A stretch of DNA of 32,000 bases from Candidatus Nanogingivalaceae bacterium (GCA_015257795.3 CP072208.2:90001-122000), one strand, 5' to 3'. Shown: positions 1 through 8,018, numbered from the stretch's first letter. The notes: generated from the letters alone by a model not told the origin. Translations and numbers: made by a program.

Positions 1-1
1 A

Positions 2-820
2 ACAGGCTTGGCTATTAAGTTAGCCAAGCTTTTTGGCGGTGAAATTATTTCTGCTGATTCGCGCGCTATCTATAAAGATATTGATATTGCCTCCGCTAAG
101 CCTACTATTGAAGAACGGGAGGGAGTTCCGCATTGGGGATTTGATCTAGTTGAACCGGGTGAACGTTTTACGGCGGCAGATTTCAAAGAATACGCTTATT
201 TAAAAATTGAGGATATTTTAAGTCGAGGAAAAATTCCATTTTTAGTTGGTGGGACTGGCTTATATATTGATGCTGTATTATATGATTACGAATTTGGCGG
301 CGAAGTTGATGACGCCTTTCGGCAAAAAATGAATTCAAAAAGTCTTGAAGAACTTCAAAGATATATTTTAGAAAATAAAATTCGAATGCCTGAAAATTCT
401 AAAAATAAGCGTTATTTAATAAGGGCTATAGAAAAAAGCGTAAGCGTAAAGAGAGAAGATTGTAAAAAAGTCAACAAATATAACACTATTGTTGTGGGAA
501 TAACAACGCCACGCAACGAATTGAGACAAAGAATTTTTCAAAGAAATGAACTATTTTTTAGTTCAGGTATTATTGAGGAGTTTAAAAAAAATGAACAGAA
601 ATACGGAATGGATTCGGAAGCAGCAACAGCAAACGCCTATCCACTTGTACAAAAATATTTAGCAGGTGAATTAACGCAGCAGGAGTTGATTGAAAAAATG
701 AGTGTTCGTGATTGGAGATTAGCTAAGCGTCAAACAACCTTCATGAAGAGGAATAAAGATATAATTTGGCTTAATTTAAAAGATGCTGAACAATTTATTA
801 TTTCAAAAATTAAAAAATGA
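2..820 (+). CDS. miaA: tRNA dimethylallyltransferase (MiaA), 5' end cut by the window edge
   Basis: The frame is open from position 2. IISADSRAIYKDIDIASAKPT, GVPHWGFDL and VGGTGLYIDAVL are typical MiaA core motifs. The N-terminal P-loop is missing, which fits truncation. Confidence 0.8.
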   Translation, partial: TGLAIKLAKLFGGEIISADSRAIYKDIDIASAKPTIEEREGVPHWGFDLVEPGERFTAADFKEYAYLKIEDILSRGKIPFLVGGTGLYIDAVLYDYEFGGEVDDAFRQKMNSKSLEELQRYILENKIRMPENSKNKRYLIRAIEKSVSVKREDCKKVNKYNTIVVGITTPRNELRQRIFQRNELFFSSGIIEEFKKNEQKYGMDSEAATANAYPLVQKYLAGELTQQELIEKMSVRDWRLAKRQTTFMKRNKDIIWLNLKDAEQFIISKIKK

Positions 821-860
821 ACAAAAAAATTATAAAAGGCTAGTTGATTTTTAAAAAGTG

Positions 861-869
861 TGGTAAAAT
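861..869 (+). promoter_or_regulatory. extended -10 promoter TGGTAAAAT, 6 nt upstream of ATG 876
   Basis: TGnTAAAAT read directly. There is no Shine-Dalgarno between it and the ATG, so the transcript is probably leaderless. Confidence 0.5.
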
Positions 870-875
870 ATAGAT

Positions 876-1490
876 ATGGAACAGAGTATTAATGCACTAT
901 TTGGTTCAAAAACTAGAGTTAAGCTTTTAAACTTGTTTTTTAATAAGCCAGATGAAAAATTTTATGTTCGAGAAATTTCTAGAATAATTGATGAGCAAGT
1001 TAATTCTGTTCGAAGGGAGCTAACAAATCTTGAAGGCGTTGGCGTTGTGAAAAGTTCTACAGAGGATCGAAAGATTTTTTATAGAGCAAATCAGCGATTC
1101 AAATATTATTTGCCGTTAAGAGTTATTTTTGCGGGGGTTCAATTCTCAGAGAAAGAACATGATGTTAAAAATGCTACAGTATCAGATAACTGGCAAAATA
1201 AAATTTCTAACGTAAAAAATTCTTTAGATCTGCTTATACTATTCGGTGTATTCACTGACGATGAAAAATCGGATATAGATCTATTGATTGTGGGTAATAA
1301 TTTTAATGGCTCCTTATCTAAATGGGCTGCAGACCTTGAAAAACAAGAGGGCCGAGAACTAAACTATATGATTCTATCGATGGAAGATTTTTATTATAGG
1401 TACACGACTCAAGATACTTTTGTGAAACAATTATTTAATGGTAAGTATAATATAGTTTTCGACAAAGAAAATCTTCTTGAAAAATTATAG
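876..1490 (+). CDS. winged-helix (ArsR-like) DNA-binding domain fused to a minimal nucleotidyltransferase-like domain
   Basis: The N-terminus (TRVKLLNLFF..FYVREISRIIDEQVNSVRRELTNLEGVGVV) looks like a wHTH. The C-terminal LFGVFTDDEKSDIDLLIVG resembles the GS...DxD motif of MNT-type nucleotidyltransferases. Confidence 0.5.
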   Translation: MEQSINALFGSKTRVKLLNLFFNKPDEKFYVREISRIIDEQVNSVRRELTNLEGVGVVKSSTEDRKIFYRANQRFKYYLPLRVIFAGVQFSEKEHDVKNATVSDNWQNKISNVKNSLDLLILFGVFTDDEKSDIDLLIVGNNFNGSLSKWAADLEKQEGRELNYMILSMEDFYYRYTTQDTFVKQLFNGKYNIVFDKENLLEKL

Positions 1491-1503
1491 AAAGTGAGAG
1501 AAA

Positions 1504-2142
1504 ATGTTTGATATTGAATATAAGGGTGGAAATACTGTTGTAATTTCAACGAAAAAATCTTCACTAGTAACTGATCCGAAAATGTCAGTTAACGGGGAGA
1601 AGGATATAGTTATTAAAGATGGAGTAGAACTGGTTACTGAAGAGCGATTCGCAACTCGTAACGATAACTATAAGCTAACAATTAGCTACCCAGGTAATTA
1701 TGAGATTTCGGACTTTACAATTGCGGGATATCCTGAAAAACGACATATAGATGGTGATTCTGAAGGTAAAAAATCAGTAATATATGGTATTGATATTTCA
1801 GGAGTTAAGATTGGACTCCTAGGAAATATTGGTCCTAATATCTCAGACGATCAACTCGAGAACCTGGGGGTGCTTGATATCTTAATTTTGCCTATTGGTG
1901 GCGGGGGATATACACTTGATGCAACATCGGCCGCAAGTATTGCTAGGAGATCTGATGCAAAAGTTATTATTCCTGTACATTATTCTGATGATGGAATAAA
2001 ATATGAAGTTCCGCAATCTGATTTCTCTTTGTTTGCGAAAGAACTCGGATCTGAAGTTGAGAAAACTTCGAAATATAAGGTTAAATCTGCAGCAACTCTG
2101 CCAGAGAAAATGACAATTATACAAATTGAACGAACAAAATAA
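1504..2142 (+). CDS. metallo-beta-lactamase-fold hydrolase (UPF0173/Lactamase_B_3-like)
   Basis: Size and LDILILPIGGGGYTLDATSAASIARRSDAKVIIPVHY resemble the MBL-fold metal-dependent hydrolase family. A GAAAGTGAGAG SD-like stretch precedes the ATG. Confidence 0.5.
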   Translation: MFDIEYKGGNTVVISTKKSSLVTDPKMSVNGEKDIVIKDGVELVTEERFATRNDNYKLTISYPGNYEISDFTIAGYPEKRHIDGDSEGKKSVIYGIDISGVKIGLLGNIGPNISDDQLENLGVLDILILPIGGGGYTLDATSAASIARRSDAKVIIPVHYSDDGIKYEVPQSDFSLFAKELGSEVEKTSKYKVKSAATLPEKMTIIQIERTK

Positions 2143-2170
2143 AAAAGAGGTTTAATAGCCTCTTTTTTAT
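2143..2170. terminator. intrinsic terminator after the MBL-fold gene
   Basis: AGAGG(2146-2150)/CCTCT(2159-2163) hairpin followed by a T-run. Confidence 0.6.
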
Positions 2171-2174
2171 TGAT

Positions 2175-2201
2175 TTAAAAAAGAAAAACCCACAAAGTGG
2201 G
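2175..2201 (-). terminator. intrinsic terminator of rpmB
   Basis: CCCAC-AAA-GTGGG hairpin (2189-2201), followed on the minus strand by TTTTTCTTTTTT. Confidence 0.6.
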
Positions 2202-2225
2202 CAATTCTTTTTTTTGAGAAAAATA

Positions 2226-2414
2226 TTATAAAATACCTTTTTTCTTCAAAGTTCGGATAGCTGCGGTGCTCAAGTTTAGTCGAACTTTTTTACCATCAAC
2301 AATGATAGTTTTCTTTTGAATGTTTGGCTTAAAAGTTCGTTTTGTGCGTCGCAATGAAAAGCTAACGTTGTTTCCGTGTTGCTTTCCTTTTCCTGTTAAA
2401 TCACATACTGCCAT
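2226..2414 (-). CDS. rpmB: 50S ribosomal protein L28
   Basis: MAVCDLTGKGKQHGNNVSFSLRRTKRTFKPNIQKK... is canonical L28. I place the start at the internal ATG (2414), not at the 113-aa ORF start, because the upstream part overlaps promoter sequence and is not L28-like. Confidence 0.9.
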   Translation of the reverse strand: MAVCDLTGKGKQHGNNVSFSLRRTKRTFKPNIQKKTIIVDGKKVRLNLSTAAIRTLKKKGIL

Positions 2415-2451
2415 TTTAACTCTCTTTACTTTAATATTTACAATCTGTTCC

Positions 2452-2480
2452 ATTATAGCGTATTTTTGAAAAAAGGTCAA
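2452..2480 (-). promoter_or_regulatory. rpmB promoter, TTGACC-17 nt-TATAAT
   Basis: On the minus strand, TTGACC is at 2480-2475 and TATAAT at 2457-2452 with a 17-nt spacer. Confidence 0.6.
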
Positions 2481-2498
2481 GTGGTGTATAATAGATAT

Positions 2499-3131
2499 AT
2501 GGTTTTTACAATTATTATTTCGTTGATTTCGATTTTGATCGCAATGATTGTTCATGAATTTTCGCATGGTTTTATTGCATATTTGCTAGGTGATGAGACA
2601 GCTAAAAAGGACGGTCGGTTAACTCTAAACCCTTTAGCACATATGGATCCATATATTAGTGTAGTTTTGCCGATTCTATGCGTATTCTCAAACCTTCCTG
2701 TAATTGGGGGCGCTAAGCCGGTTCCTGTTGATTTTGAAGAGCTTAAATGGAAAAAATGGGGAATGGCCTTAGTTGCGTTTGCAGGACCACTCTCTAACTT
2801 TATTCTGGCTTTTTTGGCATATGCAATAATGCACGCTTTTAACGTTTCTTATGGCGATTTAGCTACAGGATTTTCTGTATTTGTTAAAATTAATCTTAGC
2901 CTTGCAATCTTCAATCTAATCCCAATTCCACCACTTGATGGCTCACGAATCTTATATCCAATTGCACCAGAATTTGTTCAAGATTTTTTTGATAAACTTG
3001 AATCTTATGGACCGATTTTTATTCTCATGATAATGTTTCTGTTTTCGACAGTCATTTCGAGCTATATTAGTTTATGTATGAGTTTTACTCTTGAAGGGTT
3101 TGCGGTTCTTTTAAGATTTTTTGGCTTGTAG
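2499..3131 (+). CDS. site-2 protease family (M50) integral-membrane zinc metalloprotease
   Basis: HEFSHGFIAYLLGD (HExxH in a TM helix), multiple hydrophobic segments and a NLIPIPPLDGS motif. Start is chosen at ATG 2499, which lies 6 nt after TATAAT 2487-2492. The ORF-track start at 2466 is the alternative. Confidence 0.75.
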   Translation: MVFTIIISLISILIAMIVHEFSHGFIAYLLGDETAKKDGRLTLNPLAHMDPYISVVLPILCVFSNLPVIGGAKPVPVDFEELKWKKWGMALVAFAGPLSNFILAFLAYAIMHAFNVSYGDLATGFSVFVKINLSLAIFNLIPIPPLDGSRILYPIAPEFVQDFFDKLESYGPIFILMIMFLFSTVISSYISLCMSFTLEGFAVLLRFFGL

Positions 3132-3164
3132 GATGAAAAAGTACTAGATTTTTTATATATAAGT

Positions 3165-3173
3165 TGGTATAAT
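3165..3173 (+). promoter_or_regulatory. extended -10 promoter TGGTATAAT for the unassigned RNA
   Basis: TGGTATAAT lies 7 nt before G3181, which is the first base of the closing stem. Confidence 0.55.
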
Positions 3174-3180
3174 TAAGTTA

Positions 3181-3322
3181 GGCCCTACTAACGTATGATT
3201 TTTCCTGAATAATCATTGATAGAGGAACTCCAAACGATGGTCTATTATCGTGGTAATAGGCTGAGGAGGTATCCACCGTATAATCTTATGCGGGGAAAAT
3301 ATCAAAGTTAGTGGGGCTTTTT
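3181..3322 (+). ncRNA. unassigned structured small RNA (~140 nt)
   Basis: An 11-bp closing stem (3182-3192 with 3307-3317) is followed by TTTTT. Internal hairpins are 3195-3200/3211-3216, 3217-3222/3300-3305, 3240-3247/3254-3261 and 3276-3281/3288-3293. No ORF is present. I could not match it to SRP, 6S or any riboswitch consensus. Confidence 0.5.
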
Positions 3323-3337
3323 ATATTGTCTAAAATT

Positions 3338-3346
3338 TGATATAAT
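3338..3346 (+). promoter_or_regulatory. extended -10 promoter TGATATAAT for rnpB
   Basis: TATAAT 3341-3346 is followed by AGT, with the RNA 5' stem starting about 3353. Confidence 0.55.
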
Positions 3347-3352
3347 AGTGAT

Positions 3353-3675
3353 AGCTTGTTAAATGGTCGCTAATTGAAAAAATTAGAGGAAAGTCCGGGC
3401 AGTATAGAGCAAGACAGTTGCTAACGGCAACCGAGGGAAACCTTAGGGAAAGTGCCACAGAAACGATACCGCCTGAAAAGGTAAGGGTGAAAGGAGTGAG
3501 GTAAGAGCTCACAGTCGCTCACGGTGACGTGAAGCGAGAGGTAAACCCTGTCTACTGCAAGGAGAATTATAAAATATGGTTGCTCGCCATAATTCGATAA
3601 CCGCTTGATTTAAGGAGTAATTCTTAAACTAGATAGATGACCATTCACGACAGAACCCGGCTTACAGACAAGCTT
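3353..3675 (+). ncRNA. rnpB: RNase P RNA (bacterial type)
   Basis: Universally conserved GAGGAAAGTCCGGGC (P4 5' strand) and ACAGAACCCGGCTTA (P4 3' strand). The terminal helix pairs AGCTTGT (3353-) with ACAAGCT (-3675). Confidence 0.92.
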
Positions 3676-3690
3676 TTAATGAAAATAATA

Positions 3691-3724
3691 AAAAACACAC
3701 CTCTTTCGAAAGTGTGTTTTTATT
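3691..3724. terminator. bidirectional intrinsic terminator (rnpB / rplT)
   Basis: AAACACAC/GTGTGTTT stem with TTTCGAAA in the loop, and A/T runs on both sides. Confidence 0.65.
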
Positions 3725-3735
3725 TATTTTGAAAA

Positions 3736-4077
3736 TTATTTTACTGATTCAACAATCTTCGCAAAAGCTTTAGGTTCACTTACTGCTAATTCTGCAAGAA
3801 CTTTTCGATCTAACTCGATATTCTTCGCTTTTAGACCGGCGATAAGTTTACCATAAGTTGTTCCGTTTTCGCGTGCAGCGATATTGATTCGAGTAATCCA
3901 GAGAGCTCGAAGATCGCGTTTGCGATTTCGGCGGTCGCGGTATGCATATTGCAATGAGCGAATCACGCCTTGTTTAGCTAAACGATATGAACGTGTTCGT
4001 GCATGTTGCATTCCTTTAGCTGCTTTTAGGATTTTCTTATGCTTTGCTCGTGCTGTTACACCTCGTTTTACTCGCAT
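3736..4077 (-). CDS. rplT: 50S ribosomal protein L20
   Basis: [22 protein letters not shown]...[26 protein letters not shown] is canonical L20. Confidence 0.95.
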   Translation of the reverse strand: MRVKRGVTARAKHKKILKAAKGMQHARTRSYRLAKQGVIRSLQYAYRDRRNRKRDLRALWITRINIAARENGTTYGKLIAGLKAKNIELDRKVLAELAVSEPKAFAKIVESVK

Positions 4078-4078
4078 A

Positions 4079-4276
4079 TTATTTTACTCCCAATGCTCGT
4101 TTAATATTTTTAGCCATTGCACCTTCAACGGTTGCAGTGGTATTAATTCGTCGTTTTCGACTCTTGCTCTTTTTTGAAAGCATATGGTTCTTAAAGGCTC
4201 GACGGCGTACTACTTTGCCGCTTCCAGTAAGCTTCATTCGCTTAGCTGTGCCTTTATGTGTTTTCATTTTAGGCAT
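4079..4276 (-). CDS. rpmI: 50S ribosomal protein L35
   Basis: [22 protein letters not shown] is canonical L35. Its ATG overlaps the infC stop (TAATG). Confidence 0.95.
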   Translation of the reverse strand: MPKMKTHKGTAKRMKLTGSGKVVRRRAFKNHMLSKKSKSRKRRINTTATVEGAMAKNIKRALGVK

Positions 4277-4782
4277 TATTTACTCCTTACTACTAAACTC
4301 AGATTGCGGCCAGCCATCTGAGGTTGCTGTTCGACGATAGCGTCTTCTTCTAGGAGGGAGAGAATTTTTTTAGCCATTTCGAAGCCAATTTCTTTATGAG
4401 CCATCTCGCGTCCTTTGAAAACAATTTGGATTTTAACTTTATTTCCGGCTGCTAAAAACTTTTTAACTTTTCGAAGTTTAATTTCTAGATCACCAGCTCC
4501 AATTTTCAAGCCAAAGCGCATTTGCTTCAACTCGACCTGTTTAGCTTTGCGTTTATTCTTCTGTTGTTCCTTCATTTTTTGATACTGGAATTTTCCCCAG
4601 TCAATAATCTTAACAACAGGAGGTTCGGCATTAGGTGAGATTTCGACTAGATCAAGATTTGCATCTTGTGCAAGATCGAAGGCTTCTTTTGAGCTCATAA
4701 TTCCAAGTTGCTCACCACTTTGACCAATAACGCGAACTTCGCGAGCGCGAATTTCTTCATTGATTCGAATTTTTTTGCTAAT
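4276..4782 (-). CDS. infC: translation initiation factor IF-3, probable ATT start
   Basis: IRINEEIRAREVRVIG...LVEISPNAEPPVVKIIDWGKFQYQ is canonical IF-3. GGAAGG (4794-4789) is followed by ATT ATT (4785-4780). The ORF-track TTG at 4818 has no SD and is the alternative start. Confidence 0.85.
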   Translation of the reverse strand: MSKKIRINEEIRAREVRVIGQSGEQLGIMSSKEAFDLAQDANLDLVEISPNAEPPVVKIIDWGKFQYQKMKEQQKNKRKAKQVELKQMRFGLKIGAGDLEIKLRKVKKFLAAGNKVKIQIVFKGREMAHKEIGFEMAKKILSLLEEDAIVEQQPQMAGRNLSLVVRSK

Positions 4783-4832
4783 AATTTTCCTTCCTTTCGA
4801 GCTGCTATTTTTCAGCAATTTACTCGCATATT

Positions 4833-4861
4833 ATTTTACCAAATTTTTACCGATAAATCAA
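4833..4861 (-). promoter_or_regulatory. infC-rpmI-rplT promoter, TTGATT-17 nt-TAAAAT with TGn
   Basis: On the minus strand, TTGATT is at 4861-4856 and TGGTAAAAT ends at 4833. Confidence 0.55.
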
Positions 4862-4866
4862 GTATT

Positions 4867-6375
4867 TTAATAAGTTTCGGTTTTTTGGCGATACTGGATA
4901 GCTTCACTAATGTGGTTCGCCTTAATTTCTTCAGATTCTTCAAGATCTGCAATTGTTCGAGAAACCTTTAATATTTTTAAATAAGATCGCACCGAAAGAT
5001 CCAATTTGCTAGTTGCAAGATTGAGCAGATCTTCTGCTTCTTTTGAAATTTTGAAACTACTTTTTACAACATTTGTTTTTGCCATACTGTTGTATAAATT
5101 ACTACACTCATAACGCTTATGCTGTAATTTTAACGACTTTTCTATCTGTTTTTTAGCATTAGCATGTTCACTTTTTTTGGATGGAGTGGTTTTTAATAGA
5201 TTCTCATTTTTAATTCTGTTAACATTTACCACCATGTCGATGCGGTCTATTAAAGGTCCAGATAATTTTCTTTGGTAATTTGAAATTTGCGCTGGTGAGC
5301 ATGTGCATTCTTTGGTTTCATCCCCATAAAAACCGCAAGGGCAAGGGTTCATTGTAGCAATAAGCATAAAATTTGCAGGGTAGGAGCTTTTACGATTCGT
5401 ACGTGAAATTGTGATTTTTCTATCTTCAAGAGGCTGCCTTAAACTTTCGAGAACGGACTTCGGAAATTCGGGCATCTCATCTAAGAAAAGCACACCATTA
5501 TGAGCTAAACTAATTTCACCTGGTAACGCTTTAGAGCCACCTCCAATAATCGAAACTTTGCTAGCTGTGTGATGCGGGGTCCTAAAAGGGCGAGATATTT
5601 TAGAGTCAACATCTTCAACCAATCCATGAATTTTTAGAACTTCAAGAATCTCTTCTTTAGAAAGGTTGGGTAAAAGATTTAAAGCAGCTTGTGCCAACAT
5701 TGTTTTTCCGGTTCCTGGAGGGCCTGTTAGTAGTATATTGTGATGACCGGCGATAGCAATTGTAAGTGCTCGCTTAGCTTGTTCTTGACCTATAATATCG
5801 TCTAATTCTGTTTGGTTTTGTGCTTTTTCGTGGTTATGCTCAATGATTTGGTTAGCAATGGTTTTTTCACCTTTTAAATGAAGAAAAATCTCTTTTAGAT
5901 TTTTTGCAGCAATTATTTTAATTCCATCTATTAAAGAACTCGACTCTAAATTATCTAAAGGTATAAAAACCTCATTAATACCGCTATTTCGAAGTTTCTC
6001 TAAAATATTAATAATACCTTTTACGGGTCTAAGTTCGCCACTAAGAGAAAGTTCGCCAATAAAGGCTTTAGATTTAATTTCGTGTTGTTTAATCTGACCA
6101 GATAGTGTCAAGATGGAAATTGCAATTGGTAGGTCAAAAAAAGTTCCGTCCTTAGGTAATTCCGCCGGTGCAAGGTTGATAACAATCTTTTTAGCAGGGA
6201 AATCGAGCATGGAGTTTTTTATCGCACTGCGAACTCGCTCTTTTGCTTCATCGATTGCTTTATTGCCCATCCCAACAATTTGTAGTCCTGGTAATCCTTT
6301 CGAAGAATCTCCCTCTACTTCAATAATTTCTGCTTCATAGCCGATTGGCGCGGCTGAAATAACTTTACTCACCAT
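4867..6375 (-). CDS. comM: Mg-chelatase-like AAA+ protein ComM/YifB
   Basis: N-terminal Lon-protease-like S5 domain, Walker A (LLTGPPGTGKTM), Walker B (GVLFLDEMPEF), a CPCGFYG...CTC zinc motif and a 502-aa length are all typical of YifB/ComM. Confidence 0.85.
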   Translation of the reverse strand: MVSKVISAAPIGYEAEIIEVEGDSSKGLPGLQIVGMGNKAIDEAKERVRSAIKNSMLDFPAKKIVINLAPAELPKDGTFFDLPIAISILTLSGQIKQHEIKSKAFIGELSLSGELRPVKGIINILEKLRNSGINEVFIPLDNLESSSLIDGIKIIAAKNLKEIFLHLKGEKTIANQIIEHNHEKAQNQTELDDIIGQEQAKRALTIAIAGHHNILLTGPPGTGKTMLAQAALNLLPNLSKEEILEVLKIHGLVEDVDSKISRPFRTPHHTASKVSIIGGGSKALPGEISLAHNGVLFLDEMPEFPKSVLESLRQPLEDRKITISRTNRKSSYPANFMLIATMNPCPCGFYGDETKECTCSPAQISNYQRKLSGPLIDRIDMVVNVNRIKNENLLKTTPSKKSEHANAKKQIEKSLKLQHKRYECSNLYNSMAKTNVVKSSFKISKEAEDLLNLATSKLDLSVRSYLKILKVSRTIADLEESEEIKANHISEAIQYRQKTETY

Positions 6376-6418
6376 AATAAGATAATTTTAACATAACCGT
6401 TTAGAAATCACAATTTTG

Positions 6419-6427
6419 TGGTATAAT
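6419..6427 (+). promoter_or_regulatory. extended -10 promoter TGGTATAAT for ssrA
   Basis: It lies 11 nt upstream of the mature GGGG 5' end. Confidence 0.55.
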
Positions 6428-6438
6428 GTAACTATGTT

Positions 6439-6816
6439 GGGGCTGAATTAGCTTTAGACAAGAGGAATTTAACAGTTTAGCTTGCAAGTCGTTTACTACG
6501 TAAAGTAATAAAATAAATGCAAAAAACTTTGCAGCTCGAGTTGCAGCATTCTTTGCTCCAGCTCCAGCAACAATTGCCGCTTAATTTTTTGGCAATCATT
6601 TTTTAAAACAGGGCAGTGCGTGTTTTAAAAAGTGTCATATATTTTTCACTGATAGTTTAAAACCTTGCGATAAGTTTTAAATGAGATTTTTTTCGCAACT
6701 TTTAATGTATTTTTGTTTATTTTTAGAGCATTAAATTTTATTTAGAATAGACTAAGCTTGTAGAAGGCTAAAATGTTACCTTTTGGACCCGAGGGCAGTT
6801 CTCGGCAGCTCCACCA
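6439..6816 (+). ncRNA. ssrA: tmRNA (SsrA)
   Basis: The 5' GGGGCTGAATTAGCTTTAGAC acceptor/D-like end and the 3' GGACCCGAGGGCAGTTCTCGGCAGCTCCACCA (T-arm-like plus CCA) are present. An internal tag reading frame runs GCA...TAA at 6519-6584. Confidence 0.9.
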
Positions 6817-6831
6817 AAAAATGTTTTTTCA

Positions 6832-6858
6832 AATACGCGTTTAGGGCGTATTTTTTTA
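6832..6858 (+). terminator. intrinsic terminator after ssrA
   Basis: ATACGC/GCGTAT hairpin followed by a T-run. Confidence 0.6.
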
Positions 6859-7605
6859 TTTTTATAGAAAAATAAAAATGAGCGACTGCGAGGAACGCTC
6901 ATTCTTGGAAATAGTAATGTGGAGTTTTTGATTTTAATTTTAGGTTTTTGTGAACTGCGGAATTCACTGTAAATAATTTTTATTTTTGGCTTATGTATAA
7001 ACTTTTTATTCATAAGCTACACTTATGATAACCCGAAATAAGCATAAAGTCAATACTTTTTTTCATTTTTTTGTATAATTTTTTTGTTCACTAAAATTAA
7101 CAGATTAAAGCATGTTAAAAATACAACAAAACTATTTTTATTATGCTTATGGTATTGACTTTTTATAATGCTTGTGTTACAATGTGAATAGCTTTGAAAG
7201 AAATAAAAAGCAAAAATTAAAAACACAGTATTGTACATTCCACCAAGCACATTAGTAAATTAAAATTTGATAATTTTGAGTTGTCCGTTAGACTTTTTTA
7301 CGGAGTTTGAACGGCGATTTGAAAATAAGGTTTTTAAAATCGTCATTGGATTTTTAACTTAGTTTCGAAACGCCAAAAAGCTCCGCAAGAATATAGCGTA
7401 GAGCGCTGAGGCTAATAAGTACTTATATTTTCAAAAGAAAATATTTAAGGAACCCTCAATGAAATATGCTTCTCCATGCGAGAAGCGGTCAACTAGCTCA
7501 AAAGAGTAAGCCGTAGACCACATATTTTAGTAAAGTATTTTGTTATGATGGCATTCTACTTGCTTACTCTTTGGGCTGAATCTAACAAAATGGTATTTAA
7601 TTATT

Positions 7606-7995
7606 ATGATTTCAAAAATTATTTTTAGTCTGTCTACATTATCTGGGGTTGGTCTATTTTTGATGCTAACCCAAACATCACCAAATAAAGTCGGTCCGCT
7701 CGGTATCCTTATTTTATTCATGATGGTGTATTTAGTATTTTTAGGAGTTATATCTTTTTTCTTGTACGGAAGTTATCGGGTGTTTTCGATTGCGGTTGTG
7801 TATTTTCGAAAAGGGCAACCAGTTGTTCAGAAAGAAGTTAAAACACCAGGATTCTTTTTAAAATATTCGGCTGCGTTAGCTTTTGCTCCAATTAGTTTAA
7901 TAGCAAAACAATCCACCGGCGGAGTTGGAATATTTGAAATATTGTTGTTAACGATAATTGAAATAATTGCAATAATTTACATTTCAAAACGTTAA
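7606..7995 (+). CDS. small integral membrane protein (hypothetical)
   Basis: A 129-aa ORF with about four hydrophobic helices. TGGTATTTA lies 6 nt upstream of the ATG. No family was recognised. Confidence 0.5.
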   Translation: MISKIIFSLSTLSGVGLFLMLTQTSPNKVGPLGILILFMMVYLVFLGVISFFLYGSYRVFSIAVVYFRKGQPVVQKEVKTPGFFLKYSAALAFAPISLIAKQSTGGVGIFEILLLTIIEIIAIIYISKR

Positions 7996-8018
7996 TGTTT
8001 ATGTTATAATGTTATTAT

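Noticed and set aside
3330-3512. 60-aa minus-strand ORF
   Set aside because: It is antisense to the RNase P RNA core, which is unambiguous.
3884-4340. Plus-strand ORFs 3884-4177 and 4044-4340
   Set aside because: They are Arg/Leu-rich shadow frames antisense to the highly conserved rplT, rpmI and infC genes.
4812-4829. Mini-ORF ATG CGA GTA AAT TGC TGA in the infC leader, considered as a leaderless leader peptide
   Set aside because: The ATG begins only 3 nt after the -10 hexamer, so it is probably upstream of or at the transcription start. There is no supporting evidence.
6768-7250. ORFs 6768-7013 and 7050-7250 (minus strand) in the post-ssrA spacer
   Set aside because: The first overlaps the tmRNA 3' end. 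Both are Lys/Ile/Phe-rich translations of AT-rich DNA with no SD or promoter context, and the second would need a GTG start with an unsuitable GGTGGA position.
7569-7582. GGGCTGAAT repeated at the tmRNA 5' end (6440-6448) and at about 7572-7580, considered as a possible att duplication
   Set aside because: Only about 9 nt match, and they match the 5' end of ssrA rather than the 3' end. Known ssrA-targeting integrases duplicate the 3' end. The match is consistent with chance.
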